A DNA stretch of 63,197 nucleotides, filler included, from Octopus bimaculoides (taxonomy: Eukaryota), in assembly GCF_001194135.2 (NCBI RefSeq). It is 5 parts of 5 records of this genome, joined end to end, with 100 filler letters (N's around TTAATTAATTAA, not from the genome) between each part and the next. Parts side by side here need not be neighbours in the genome. Positions count along the whole stretch, not along the records: positions 17,857 to 47,854 come from NC_068981.1; positions 47,955 to 54,940 come from NC_068995.1; 3 more parts are not named here. One strand, written 5' to 3'. The translations under genes were made by a program, and so were the position numbers. The notes below the pieces were generated by a model. That model was not told where the DNA came from. It saw only the letters and a program-made list of their open reading frames with translations, and did no database searches. This document shows positions 37,352 to 50,971 of this stretch, piece by piece; position 1 is the stretch's first letter, and each line of letters opens with the position of its first letter.

Positions 37352-37573
37352 CAGGGTGTGGCATAAAAAAAAAAAGACTCTCACAAGTTAACTGGTTGAC
37401 AAACACTTCAGCAGCAAACACGTGGTGTATACCAGTTCAAAAACTTTGATGGTAACAGAAAAAATAACAGTAAGGCATTGTCTGCATGAAGACACCGTAA
37501 TCACCTGCCTAATTTCATTAGCTGATAGCAATCTTGAAACAACGAGAGTGGGAAGTTTTTCTGCTACACCCTG
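37352..37573. mobile_element. Mariner-like MITE
   Basis: Imperfect TIRs CAGGGTGTGGCATAAAAA versus reverse complement CAGGGTGTAGCAGAAAAA. TA on the left; the right flank is AA. Confidence 0.6.
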
Positions 37574-39669
37574 AATATGCAATATTTAAAACCTCTAATT
37601 CCCAGATTTTCTTGAAGCGGAATGCTTGGGCACAGATGAGGGGGTGTTAGCAGACAAAGCAAGATAAGAAGTTCCAGAACATTATGCAGTTGTGGCTATA
37701 TCGTTCGTTTAGGTGATGAATTGGTTGAATCATTACTGCATCAGATCGACTATTGCCTTGCACTACTCGTTCCAGCTTCTTTGTCCAAATACTGCCATGG
37801 TCGACTTGGCTGTTCATTCTTTCAGGGGTCAATAAATAGAGTACCAGTCCTGTACTGGAGTTGATCCTTTTTATCTCCCCTCCCCCTCTCTATCGCTTTC
37901 TATATCTCTTTCTCTCTCTATCTATCTCTTTCTGTCTTTATCTCTCTGTGCAGGTGGCACGTAAAATACACCATTTTGAGCATGGCCGCTGCCAGTACCG
38001 CCTGACTGGCCTTCGTGCTGGTGGCACGTAAAAGCAGCCACTACACTCTCGGAGTGGTTGGCGTTAGGAAGGGCATCCAGCTGTAGAAACTCTGCCAGAT
38101 CAGANNNNNNNNNNCGGAGTGGTTGGCGTTAGGAAGGGCATCCAGCTGTAGAAACTCTGCCAGATCAGATTGGACCCTGGTGTAGCCATCTGGTTCACCA
38201 GTCCTCAGTCAAATTGTCCAACCCATGCTAGCATGGAAAGCGGACGTTAAACGATGATGATGATGCTGTTTCTATCTATCTGTCTGTGGTCATAAAGTAC
38301 AAAATTATCCTCACACCAGAGACTTCACTTGAATATTTGCAACAGAGTAAAACCTGCTAAAATCACCTAATGACCTGGCAACAGTGCTAGATCAGGTTAC
38401 AGGTTAATTCTGCCAACCAAGAATTCAGAATGCAAAGAGAGCTGGAACAATTACTGTAAGCCTTTTTATCTGGTGTTCTAATAGTTCTGCCAATCCATTA
38501 TCCTAGAGGGTCAGATCTGTAGAGGAATGGTCGAAAATACCAAGTCTAAAACTGTACAAGATACACCATGTCACAATGGCACCCCTACAACTCTATCAGC
38601 AGTTGAGGCCCAATGGTCATGCAATATGTTAAATTTAGTACAGAATCTTGAGGAGGAGATCAGGTGATGATTTTAATTGTAAGATGTATAAAATATCTTT
38701 GATGTAGATTGTGTCTTGACATGAAACTCAAGGGTGAACCTTGACACATCTTCACCACCATCTTGTTTCACCATGTATCTCCCTTCAGCAATATGCTTTT
38801 TTTCTGTCCCTCTGTCACACTTCAGCCTCTCATCACCTTGCATATGTTTCCTTCTTGAGCCATGTCAGGCTCATAAGGGCTGGTTTCCCGGTTTCAATGG
38901 CACATATATTCCCCACCTGGACGGGATGCCAGTTCCTCGCAGGATTACTCATTTTTGCCTACTGAATGCACTGCAGCAACATGAAATGTTTTGCTCAAGA
39001 ACACAATGCATCGTCCGGTCCAGGAATCGAAATCACAATCTTATGATTGTGAGTCCTCTAACCACTAAGCCATGTGCCTCCACCCTTGCATAAAGCCACC
39101 TCTATCAATACTACTCATCTGAGGGGTGGGGGCTTGTCTTGCCAGTTATTTGGTGGCCTCACTAGTGCTGGTGCCACATAAAAACCACCGAGTACAATCT
39201 GTAAAGTGGTTGGTGTTAGGAAGGGCATCCAGCCATAGAGACCATGCCGAAATCGACACTGGATTTTGCTGCAGTCCTCTGGTAGGTCAGCTCCTCTCAA
39301 ATTGTTCAATCCATGCCAGCATGGACAACAGACATTAAACTTTGATGATGATGATGATGTAATGTATCAAGCGAAGTTGATAGAAAAGACGAGGATTAAA
39401 ACATACAGAAAACAAAGAAGCCAGCTTGACTGACATTGAGTTGTTCCTCAGATTCACAATACATATCTTTCTTTCATCTGCATTTGTTGAATTTTCAGCA
39501 TCACTTAAGGCACAGGCGTGACTGTGTGGTATGAAGTTCGCTTCCCAACCACATGGTTCTGGGTTCAGTCCCACTGCCTGGCACCTTGAGCAAGTGTTTT
39601 GTACTATAGCCTTGTGAGCGGATTTGATAGATGGAAACTCAATGAAACACATTGCATACATACACACAT

Positions 39670-39735
<66 letters not shown>

Positions 39736-40514
39736 GTGTGTGTGTGCATGCATATATGTATGTTACTGATTCCTTGCCTTGACATTATGTGATAATTGTA
39801 AACAAGTGTCCCATCATGCAAGCAGTGTTCCGTTATTTCTAATCTTCTGTGGAAACATGTCTGGCCATGGGAAATATTATCTTGCTTGAAAACAGGTGGG
39901 GGTTGGTGACAGGAAGGGCATCTGACTAGAAAATCTGCCACCACAAATTCCATCCAACCCATGCAAGCATGGAAAAGTGGACATTAAAGCAATGATGATG
40001 ATGGTGACTGACAGTGCTATCTATATTGTCTAGTCCATGCAGCATCTGAGACTTTGTGGTTGAGAAGCTTTCTTTCTAGCTATGTAGTCTTCTTAGGTTC
40101 AATCCCGGTGCGTGGCACTTTGGGCAAGTGTCTTTTACTATAGCCTCGGCTTAACCAAACCCTTGTGAGTGGATTTGGTAGATGGAAACTAAAAGAAGTC
40201 CATCGGGTTTATATAATGTCTAATGATGGCTTAGCTGGCCAGAACTTCGAAGTCACTGTCAGTATTATTCTTTAACAAGAATAGTTTTGACAAATTTGTA
40301 CTCCGTCAAATGTATTGAGAAATTCTTCATTTTAATGTAAAATTGTTTTTATCAAAACATAAAAACAAACATTGATATTTATATATCATCATCATCATTT
40401 AACATTCATTTTCCATGCTGGCATGGGTTGGACGGTTTGACTAGAGCTGTTTTGCTTGGTTTCTGTACCTGGATGCCATTCCTAATGCAATGCCAACTAC
40501 TTTACAGAGTGTAC

Positions 40515-40556
<42 letters not shown>

Positions 40557-41570
40557 CACACACACATACACATACACATATGCATACACACATATGCATA
40601 CACACATATAATTTGTGGGTGTGTTTTTGTGTGTAACCTTGTCTTCACATCATGTGATGGTTGTAAATGAGTTTCACTGTCATACTAGCAGTGTTGTTTG
40701 TTTCTGGTCTACCATGAAAACATGTTTGGCCATGGGGAAATATTACCTTACTTGGAAATAGATGAGGGTTGGCCACAGGAAGAGTTGTCCAGCTGTAGAA
40801 AATCTGCCTCAACAATATCCATCTAACCCATGCAAGCATGGAAAAGTGACAGTGAATGATGGTAACGATCTCGTCTGTTATATTTACTCAATTGCCTTTG
40901 TCTTATCAGAAGGTAATTTTTGCATCTCTTTTCTATAACAGTCCACCCCTATCAAATAAATTACTAATAAATATTTCAGTTCTGTGTTGCTTTTCCTATT
41001 GCATGGCATGGCTTTGACTCAAAGAGAAAACCATTTTTCTTCATTTTTTTTATAGTTGCAATAATCTAAACATTTGAATCATTTGGTTTATTATAACTCT
41101 TTCTTCATACATTATGGATGTGGTGATTTAACTAATGTTCATCTTTTGTGGAACAAAAATATTATAAACTAATTAATGTGTATTTGATGTTCTCTCAGAC
41201 TATAAGAGGAAGTTCTGATCAGCATCAGTTCAAATTACAGACAATTGTGTTGAAGATTAATCATTACTTTTGAAATGTTTGATGGGGAAACTGTAAATTT
41301 AAGTTACAACTGTCAATGTCAATGGAAAGTGGTACTACAGACCAAAGTATCAATGTTTCAAATAGATATCATCCTCATCATCATTATTTAATGCTCTCCT
41401 TCCATGCCACACACACACACAAAGAGTGNNNNNNNNNNNNNNNNNNNNNNNNNNNNNNNNNNNNNNNNNNNNNNNNNNNNNNNNNNNNNNNNNNNNNNNN
41501 NNNNNNNNNNNNNNNNNNNNNNNNNNNNGTGCGTGTGTGTGTGTGTGTGTATACATATGTGTGTATATAC

Positions 41571-41603
<33 letters not shown>

Positions 41604-42696
41604 ATACAAAAGATATATGAGCATATGTTTGTATACATACATATATGTACATACCTACATCTGCATGTATATATAGATGCATATCCAGGTACAGGAAGTC
41701 AAAAAACGTGGACAAAAAAGGAACGGGAACATAAACAAAGCACAAAAAATGAACTTTTTTTAATAGACAACAGAATGAACACGTAGGAAAACAGATATAT
41801 ATGTGTGTGTGTATATATATATATATATATGTNNNNNNNNNNNNNNNNNNNNNNNNNNNNNNNNNNNNNNNNNNNNNNNNNNNNNNNNNNNNNNNNNNNN
41901 NNNNNNNNNNNNNNNNNNNNNNNNNNNNNNNNNNNNNNNNNNNNNNNNNNNNNNNNNNNNNNNNNNNNNNNNNNNNNNNNNNNNNNNNNNNNNNNNNNNN
42001 NNNNNNNNNNNNNNNNNNNNNNNNNNNNNNNNNNNNNNNNNNNNNNNNNNNNNNNNNNNNNNNNNNNNNNNNNNNNNNNNNNNNNNNNNNNNNNNNNNNN
42101 NNNNNNNNNNNNNNNNNNNNNNNNNNNNNNNNNNNNNNNNNNNNNNNNNNNNNNNNNNNNNNNNNNNNNNNNNNNNNNNNNNNNNNNNNNNNNNNNNNNN
42201 NNNNNNNNNNNNNNNNNNNNNNNNNNNNNNNNNNNNNNNNNNNNNNNNNNNNNNNNNNNNNNNNNNNNNNNNNNNNNNNNNNNNNNNNNNNNNNNNNNNN
42301 NNNNNNNNNNNNNNNNNNNNNNNNNNNNNNNNNNNNNNNNNNNNNNNNNNNNNNNNNNNNNNNNNNNNNNNNNNNNNNNNNNNNNNNNNNNNNNNNNNNN
42401 NNNNNNNNNNNNNNNNNNNNNNNNNNNNNNNNNNNNNNNNNNNNNNNNNNNNNNNNNNNNNNNNNNNNNNNNNNNNNNNNNNNNNNNNNNNNNNNNNNNN
42501 NNNNNNNNNNNNNNNNNNNNNNNNNNNNNNNNNNNNNNNNNNNNNNNNNNNNNNNNNNNNNNNNNNNNNNNNNNNNNNNNNNNNNNNNNNNNNNNNNNNN
42601 NNNNNNNNNNNNNNNNNNNNNNNNNNNNNNNNNNNNNNNNNNNNNNNNNNNNNNNNNNNNNNNNNNNNNNNNNNNNNNNNNTATATATATATATAT

Positions 42697-42906
42697 AGTG
42701 TAGTATATTGCCACTTAAGTGTGGCTGACCCCTAGGGGTGGATGTTACTGTTGCTTTTAGCCCCAGGAGGACATCTCCTCCAGCTGGCTTATCGACACAC
42801 GACTGTGTCCTGTTTGCCAAGGGTAGTTATCCCTCTCACCAACATCTGCAGCACGGACGGATCCGGATTTCAGGGTTATTTCCCTTCGTCGGCGTCCGAT
42901 AGCCGC
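42697..42906 (-). mobile_element. Family F repeat, copy 3 (truncated, embedded in (TA)n)
   Basis: Near-identical to 1814-2014; (TA)n on both sides. Confidence 0.7.
42854..42898 (-). ncRNA. Minimal type-I hammerhead ribozyme (family F, copy 3)
   Basis: Reverse complement reads CGGACG-CCGACGA-AGGG(AAATAA)CCCT-GAAA-TCCGGA-TC-CGTCCG, with an A-U to G-C compensatory pair in stem I. Confidence 0.85.
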
Positions 42907-45900
42907 TATATATATATATATATATATAGCTACAAACTTACTTTCTTTCCCAACTACTCCCCCCCCTCTCATATAATGAGATGTAGCCATGTATCTTCAC
43001 TATCACAGGACACCTGCGCTTATCTGTCTGTCATACTTTAAGCCCCACCACCACCACCAGTGACTGGCATAAAACCACCTCTCTGCCCTCTCAAATACTC
43101 CTCTCATTTTGCTGAGGGGACGTTTCCCATTTTTCCATTTCTTGTTCTTTTCCCTGTCTTATTAGGGACTTGGTAACTTAACTAATGCTGGCGGCAAAAG
43201 AAAGAAAGGACCCAGCACTCATTATAAAATGGTTGGCATTAGGAAGGGTATCCAGGAGTAGAAACCATGGCAAGGCCGATACTGGAACATGATGAAGCCT
43301 GATCCCTTACCAAATCCTCTCAAACCATGCAACCCATGCCAGTATGGAAAATAGACATTAAATGATGATGATAATGATGATAGGATGATAATTACATATA
43401 GGTTTCACTCTGTGGTTCCACTGTCAAAGGAGTCTCTTACTGTGAAACTTGTCAGTAATTGTCACTATCTTTTACTGGTTTCAGTCATTGGACTGCAGCC
43501 ATACTGGGGCACTGCATTGGAAGGTTTAGTCAAGCAAATCAACCTGAGTACCTATTTTATCAGTGTCTTTGAAATTTATGTATTGTCTCTACATTTTGTG
43601 TATTTCTACATCAGATAATGTTTATTCACTTTATTACATACATGATGTTGTTATTTATCTGTTATATATTGGCCATTTGCAATACATACAAAAGCTAACT
43701 TGTCATCTCCCTTATATATACCAGCCATGCATACAACACCTACATATTAATCTCGCTTTTATACATTCTCCAATGTCTGTAGTCTCCTAAATCCCTTTTC
43801 ACTTCAATTACCCTCAGTGTTCCTTGTTAGCTGAGGTTCTCCTTTAAAGGTGATGTTTTAACCCTTTTTTTTACCATATAGGTGCGGGCACAGGTGTGTG
43901 GTTTGAGGAACTTGCTTCCAAGCCAAGTGGGCTTGGGTCTAGTCCAATTATGTAGCACTTGGGGCAAGTGTCTTTTTCTATAGTCCCAGGCTGACCAAAG
44001 CCTTGTGAATGGATTTGATAGACAGAAACTGAAAGAAGCCCATCATATATTTGTGTGTGTGTGTACTTTTGTCTAGACATCATGTGATGGTTGAAGGTCA
44101 GCATCTTTGTCATGCAAACAGGGTTGTCCATTTTCAGTCTTCTGTGAAAAACTTGTCTGGTCATGGGAAAATATTATCTTGCTTGGAAACAGGCTTGGGT
44201 TGATGATAGATTTAAATTTAGATCAATTTAAAACAGAAAGTTTGTATCAGAGAAGGTTGGTCTTAGGTGAGTTTGGTCTTAAAAGAGTTAATAATTAACT
44301 GGAGCTAGTCAGTATTCTGTTGTTAGTCTCACTAATTTTAGATTTTGTTGATTTAAAAATATTTCATTAACAAAATATAGAATATAGATCTGTATTGAAC
44401 TGGTGCCAGCATAGCTGTGTGGTAAGAAGTTTGCTTCCCTGTCTCATAGGTTTGGGTTCAGTCCCACTGCCTAGCACCTTAGGCAAGTGTCTTTTACTGT
44501 AGCTCTGAGTTGACTAAAGTTTTGCAAGTAGATTTGGTAGATGGAAACTGAAAAAAAGCTCTTCACACACATATATGTGTGTGTGTGTTTTAAAGTTACC
44601 TCTACAGATTTACTATAGAAATTAGAGCCATCACCGAAAGTTAGAATGTTTTGTATATGAATATGTCCATGTAAACAATGTCATCGAAGATAGAAAACTA
44701 GGTAATGAGTGTATGTGCATATTTCAGGAGTTTGCACTGCTAACACAGTATTGACTTATAAAGGCTTTAATATATTTAGTAGTATATTGTGGTTAAATAA
44801 TGAAATATGGTTTCCTTACCAGCAATATGCATTGAAGATGTAATTGTTTATATATTTTTTGTTGCAGTTATACACAGGAAAAGACTTAGATACTTAATTA
44901 TATATGTAAAAATTAACACTTCCTTCTCCAAGCCTAGATTCGAAACTGAATCTAAGAATTCTCGGTCGTCCAAACCACCATGATCAACAGGCGCGAAAAC
45001 AGGTTTTCTTTGTCCTGTCAAAAAGTGATTGATCATCTCCTTTTGACCTATGACCTCAGCCATGTCAGGCGAAGTTCAAATGGACAGGAGCTGACCTATT
45101 CAGGTACAAACTCTGCTGCAGTATGTCTGTCCTTCTAGCTGCCACGATTCTTATAAATTCAGTGGTCAACAAGACAGGGAGAGAGAAGGCGCTAGGCAGC
45201 CAAATGAGGAACATCTACTACAAGACAGCTTTTCTCAGAGACCAGAGCAATGTTCGAAGTTCTACGACACACACATAAGAGGAATCCACTCATGAGATTC
45301 CTTACCCTAGAAAGAACAGTTAGGTTCTAGAACCACAAAATTAGGGATAAAATCCCGAAAGGAACGAAATGAAAAATAAAAACTTTTACCATCTTTTCTC
45401 CTGGACCAAATTGGTTTCTGACATTAGTTTAGCAAATAAGATAATTTGCCAGGTGAAATCGTTTTCAACAGGTACACCTAAGACTAAAATATATAAACAC
45501 GAGGCAATCAATTCTTTGCCTCTCGTTTATACATCCTAATTTTTCAGATCTGTATATATATGACAGGCTTCTTTCAGTTTCTGTCTACCAAAGCCACTCA
45601 CAAGGCTTTGGTTGGTCCAAGGTTATAGTAGAAGACACTTGCTCAAGGTGTCATGCAGTGGGTCTGAATCCGGAACCATGTGGTTGGGAAGCAAACATCT
45701 TACCATACAACGATACCTGCGCCTATACATATATATCATTATCATCATTTAGTGTCTACTTTCCATGCTGGAATGGGTTAGACAATTTGACTGGAACTGG
45801 CAAGCTAGAGAACTGCACCAGCTTCCGGTCTGGTTTGGCATAGTTTCTACAGCTGGGTGCCCTTCTTAATGCCAACCACTCCAAGTGTGTGTGTGTGTGT

Positions 45901-46566
45901 GTGTGTTTATATCTCCCTTGTTTTGTCATCACATAATAATTATAAATTAGTATCACTGTCATACAAATTGTGTCATTCATTTGCAATATCCTGCGAGAAT
46001 GTGTCTTACCTCACTTGGAAACGAGTGAGGGTTAGTGACAGGAAGAGCATCCAGCCATAGAAGATCTACCTCAATAAACTCCATTTGACCCATGCAAGCA
46101 CAGAAAAGTGTACATTCAAAAGATGATGATGAAATACAAACTGATTATGACTTGTGAATTCCAAAACTCTGCTTCAGCAAAGGTTTTGAAAACTAATCAG
46201 TTTTCTTCCTTTTTTTTTTTTTTTTTNNNNNNNNNNTTTTTTTTTTTTTGTTTAGTTTTTTTCTTTTGTTTCGAACACTCCCTCCTCCTCCTCATCATTA
46301 TTCAGATTTCAAACTCTGCTTTAACACTTGCTTCAGCTGTTCATTTTCCCTGACTCTTCCAGTATAATACTCTCCTACTGTAATATCAAATTCTCAACCA
46401 ATTTAGCTTTTCTTTATCATAATTTCTCCCTTATCTTGACATTGATCTTGTCAAGGACTCTCTCAGTACGTGTAGGTATCAGAGTTAAAAACCTTATGTC
46501 GTTTCATTAGACACAATACACTTCCTATTTCTTGACTTCTATATTATTATTATTATCATTATTATT

Positions 46567-47046
46567 AAGGCAGCGAGCTGGCAGAAACGTTAGCATGCCG
46601 GTGCGAAATGCTTAGTGGTATTTCGTCTGCTGTTACGTTCTGAGTTCAAATTCCACTAAGGTCGACTTTACCTTTCATCCTTTCGGGTTCGATTAAATAA
46701 ATACCAGTTACACACTGATGTCGACATAATTAACTTAATCTGTTTGTCCCGTGTGTAACCCCGGGTTGATGTAATCAACTAGTCCTCACCTCCCCCAAAT
46801 TTCACCCCATGTGCCTATAGTAGAAAGGGTTATTAAGGTAGTAAGCTGGCAGAATCGTTAAGACACCAGACAAAACACTTAGCAGCATTTCACCCATCTT
46901 TATGATCTGAGTTCAAATTATGCTACGGTGAACTGCCTTTTCATCCTTTCGAGGTCAATGAAATAAGTACTAAACAAGCACTGATATCAATGTAATCGAC
47001 TTACTCTTCCCCCTGAAATAGCTGGCCTTGAGCCAAAATTTGAAAC

Positions 47047-47082
<36 letters not shown>

Positions 47083-47495
47083 GGCAGAATCGTTAGCACG
47101 CCAGGTGAAATGCTTAATGGTATTCTGTCTGCCTCTATGTTCTGAGCTCAAATTCTGCCAATGTCGACTTTGCCTTTCATCCTTTTGGGGTCAATAAATT
47201 AAGTACCAGTCATATACTGGGGTCCATGTGATCGACTATACCCCTCTCCTCCTTTGCAGACCTTGTGCATGTAGTAGAAAGGATTATCATTATTATTATT
47301 ACTATTATTTTAGGTGGCGAGCTAGCAGAATCGTTAGCGGTATTTCATCTCCTGATACATCCTGAGTTCAAATTGTGCCGAGGTCAACTCTGCCTTTCAT
47401 TCTTTCAGGGTTGATAAATTAAATACCAGTGAAACACTGGGGTTGATGTAATTGACTAGTCACACAAATTTCAGGCCTTGTGCCTGTAGTAGAAT
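46567..47495 (+). mobile_element. Four head-to-tail family D SINEs; further copies at approx. 30885-31100, 33950-34120, 34968-35185, 36075-36510, 52168-52400, 62180-62520, 62941-63065
   Basis: Recurrent ggcgagctggcagaatcgttagc...ttctgagttcaaattc.gccgaggtcgactttgcctttcatcctttcggggtcgataaa...gtaccag with (ATT)n tails. Confidence 0.8.
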
Positions 47496-47544
47496 GGATT
47501 ATTATTATATATGTGTGTGTGTGTATGATATGTATGTATATATA

Positions 47545-47854
47545 TAATACAAATAATTACAGAGGCATCAAGCTGTTAGATCAGGTTATGAAAGTTACAG
47601 AGAGGGTCATAGCCCAACTAATTAGGGAGCGAATCAATTTAGATGAGATGCAGTTTGGGTTCGTGCCAGGTAAAAGCACTACTGATGCCTTATTTCTAGT
47701 GAGACAGTTGCAGGAGAAATACCTAGCTAAGGATAAACCTCTGTACCTGGCTTTCGTTGACATGGAGAAAGCCTTTGACAGGGTCCCCCGATCCCTTATC
47801 TGGTGGTCAATGAGGAAACTTGGGATAGAAGAATGGTTAGTGAGAGCTGTGCGA
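47545..47854 (+). mobile_element. Second copy of the same RTE RT fragment (runs into a gap)
   Basis: NNYRGIKLLDQVMKVTERVIAQLIRERINLDEMQFGFVPGKSTTDALF...FVDMEKAFDRVPRSLIWW. Confidence 0.88.
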
Positions 47855-47954
47855 NNNNNNNNNNNNNNNNNNNNNNNNNNNNNNNNNNNNNNNNNNNNTT
47901 AATTAATTAANNNNNNNNNNNNNNNNNNNNNNNNNNNNNNNNNNNNNNNNNNNN

Positions 47955-47995
<41 letters not shown>

Positions 47996-48360
47996 CATAT
48001 ATGTATATATATATGTATGTATATACATGTATGTATATATACTTTTATGCATGTATATGTGATATACGTGTCAAGTTAACACATGTGTATGGAAGCCAGA
48101 GTAACAAGTAGCTGCTCGTGGGTGGAAGGTCGCTAAGCGCATTCGCACACTTACTGATTCACACACACAGACACACACACATACACACACACACACACAG
48201 ACGCGCACACACACACGTTTGTTTTCGGATCAGCTGAGCAGCGCTTACCCTGGGCAGCGGGTAAGAGGAGGCGGGTTCAAATTCACTGAATAAGCAATCT
48301 GGAATAAAACCTCATTGTGCCAACAGGCTATGGGCTGGTACCATACAGTAGAGCCCCATA

Positions 48361-48378
48361 GTCATCGTTATCGTCGGT

Positions 48379-48451
<73 letters not shown>

Positions 48452-48484
48452 CCACCATCATCATCATCATCATCATCACCGTCG

Positions 48485-48527
<43 letters not shown>

Positions 48528-48597
48528 AATCATCTTCATCATCATCATCACCATCATCATCACCACCATCATCATCATCATCATCATCATCACAATC

Positions 48598-48652
<55 letters not shown>

Positions 48653-48674
48653 CCATCATCATCATCATTATTAC
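48361..48674. repeat. Long imperfect (CAT/CAC)n microsatellite running into a gap
   Basis: Direct inspection. Many other (TA)n, (CA)n, (GATA)n, (CATA)n and (ATT)n tracts occur throughout. Confidence 0.97.
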
Positions 48675-50898
48675 NNNNNNNNNNNNNNNNNNNNNNNNNN
48701 NNNNNNNNNNNNNNNNNNNNNNNNNNNNNNNNNNNNNNNNNNNNNNNNNNNNNNNNNNNNNNNNNNNNNNNNNNNNNNNNNNNNNNNNNNNNNNNNNNNN
48801 NNNNNNNNNNNNNNNNNNNNNNNNNNNNNNNNNNNNNNNNNNNNNNNNNNNNNNNNNNNNNNNNNNNNNNNNNNNNNNNNNNNNNNNNNNNNNNNNNNNN
48901 NNNNNNNNNNNNNNNNNNNNNNNNNNNNNNNNNNNNNNNNNNNNNNNNNNNNNNNNNNNNNNNNNNNNNNNNNNNNNNNNNNNNNNNNNNNNNNNNNNNN
49001 NNNNNNNNNNNNNNNNNNNNNNNNNNNNNNNNNNNNNNNNNNNNNNNNNNNNNNNNNNNNNNNNNNNNNNNNNNNNNNNNNNNNNNNNNNNNNNNNNNNN
49101 NNNNNNNNNNNNNNNNNNNNNNNNNNNNNNNNNNNNNNNNNNNNNNNNNNNNNNNNNNNNNNNNNNNNNNNNNNNNNNNNNNNNNNNNNNNNNNNNNNNN
49201 NNNNNNNNNNNNNNNNNNNNNNNNNNNNNNNNNNNNNNNNNNNNNNNNNNNNNNNNNNNNNNNNNNNNNNNNNNNNNNNNNNNNNNNNNNNNNNNNNNNN
49301 NNNNNNNNNNNNNNNNNNNNNNNNNNNNNNNNNNNNNNNNNNNNNNNNNNNNNNNNNNNNNNNNNNNNNNNNNNNNNNNNNNNNNNNNNNNNNNNNNNNN
49401 NNNNNNNNNNNNNNNNNNNNNNNNNNNNNNNNNNNNNNNNNNNNNNNNNNNNNNNNNNNNNNNNNNNNNNNNNNNNNNNNNNNNNNNNNNNNNNNNNNNN
49501 NNNNNNNNNNNNNNNNNNNNNNNNNNNNNNNNNNNNNNNNNNNNNNNNNNNNNNNNNNNNNNNNNNNNNNNNNNNNNNNNNNNNNNNNNNNNNNNNNNNN
49601 NNNNNNNNNNNNNNNNNCCCCAACAACAACCATAACAAAGTACACACTCCCCCTGTATGTGTGTGTATATATGTATAAAGGAGGAAAGACCCTTTTCGGT
49701 CAATGCTGACCATGGGATTGCACCAAGAAAGTTCCCCTCCGAGGCACAGGTCCAGGCAAGGTTATTTTATGGAAGATCAGCGGTCGCCCATGCCTACCAG
49801 ATTCCCGGCCAATACAGCTTCGCACCAGTGACATTGCTACTCATTTCTACGGCTGAGTGAGTTGGAACAACGCCAAATGAAGTACGCAACAGCATCAAAA
49901 TTGTGTTCTCGACCTCCTCATGGTACCAATTTATAGCCAGTTGACTTGGGCCAATGTGAGATAATTGTTAACGCGAGATAATGACCTTTCGATAAACCAG
50001 ATCTAGCCTACTGATGGATCTACAATTATCGCACACTGATCATTACTTAAATATCGTTGAACCAGTCGAGAGTTCACTGACCTTAACGCAATCTTAACGA
50101 GACTTGATTGATCTTATCATCGTTACATTGACCTTCATTCGCCTGATCAAGCTTCACTAACGAGAAATAAACATTAGTCCACCATTTTGTGATTTTGTTG
50201 ACATTTAAGCTCTAGTTCGGAATTTGGAGAAACATTTTGAAGAAGTTTTCATAGAGTTTATGCCATTTTAACAGAGCAGATACATGAATTGTAGTGTCGG
50301 TGTTGTTGTTGTTGGTTGTTTATGTGTAACTGTTACTGCTGTAGTTGTAGGTTTTAGTGAACTCATCTTAGACCTGCTTTTATCACAACCATCACACAGA
50401 GACGATCGTATTGTCTTTATTAGTGTTCCATGTTACAGGACCTAACCCAAGAAGACTTCCATAAACCATAAAAAAAAGATTAATATATTGGTTTGGTTCG
50501 TGAAGGAGATTTCACTGTGACTTTGACTAGGGCAGGCGACATTACAATGAGATGATCAAGCGATATTGAAATAGTCGAATACGTTGAGCGGGTCATGGAG
50601 TATTGAGTCGGTCCAGATAATTTGAGCGCTACAAGTTATATGAAACTGGTGAACATCCGTTGAGGTAGTCAAAGCTGGTCAATATACATTAAGTGACCTT
50701 GAAACAAGTTTGACTGACCTCTCTATTTCTGACCTCAAAGATATTGTCTATCGAGGAAAGATGTTTACATCTGCTTATGACACAGTGTTGGCTAAAACCT
50801 ATAGATATATTCTGTAATACAGTGTATACATACTTATATATATATATGTTTGTTTGTGTGTGTGTGCATTTGTGGGTGTATATATAAGTATTTATGCA

Positions 50899-50971
<73 letters not shown>

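Noticed and set aside
43563-43790. Possible CTR1 last exon
   Set aside because: The required frame after the tcag acceptor hits TAA at once, and no frame gives MxxxM-TYN.
44848-45063. 71-aa minus-strand ORF MAEVIGQKEM...
   Set aside because: No recognisable domain, an in-frame stop just upstream and no good donor. The region is reported as a possible regulatory island instead.
48315-49709. Poly-His, poly-Asp and poly-Met ORFs
   Set aside because: Translation of a (CAT)n microsatellite plus an N gap; no splice or codon evidence.
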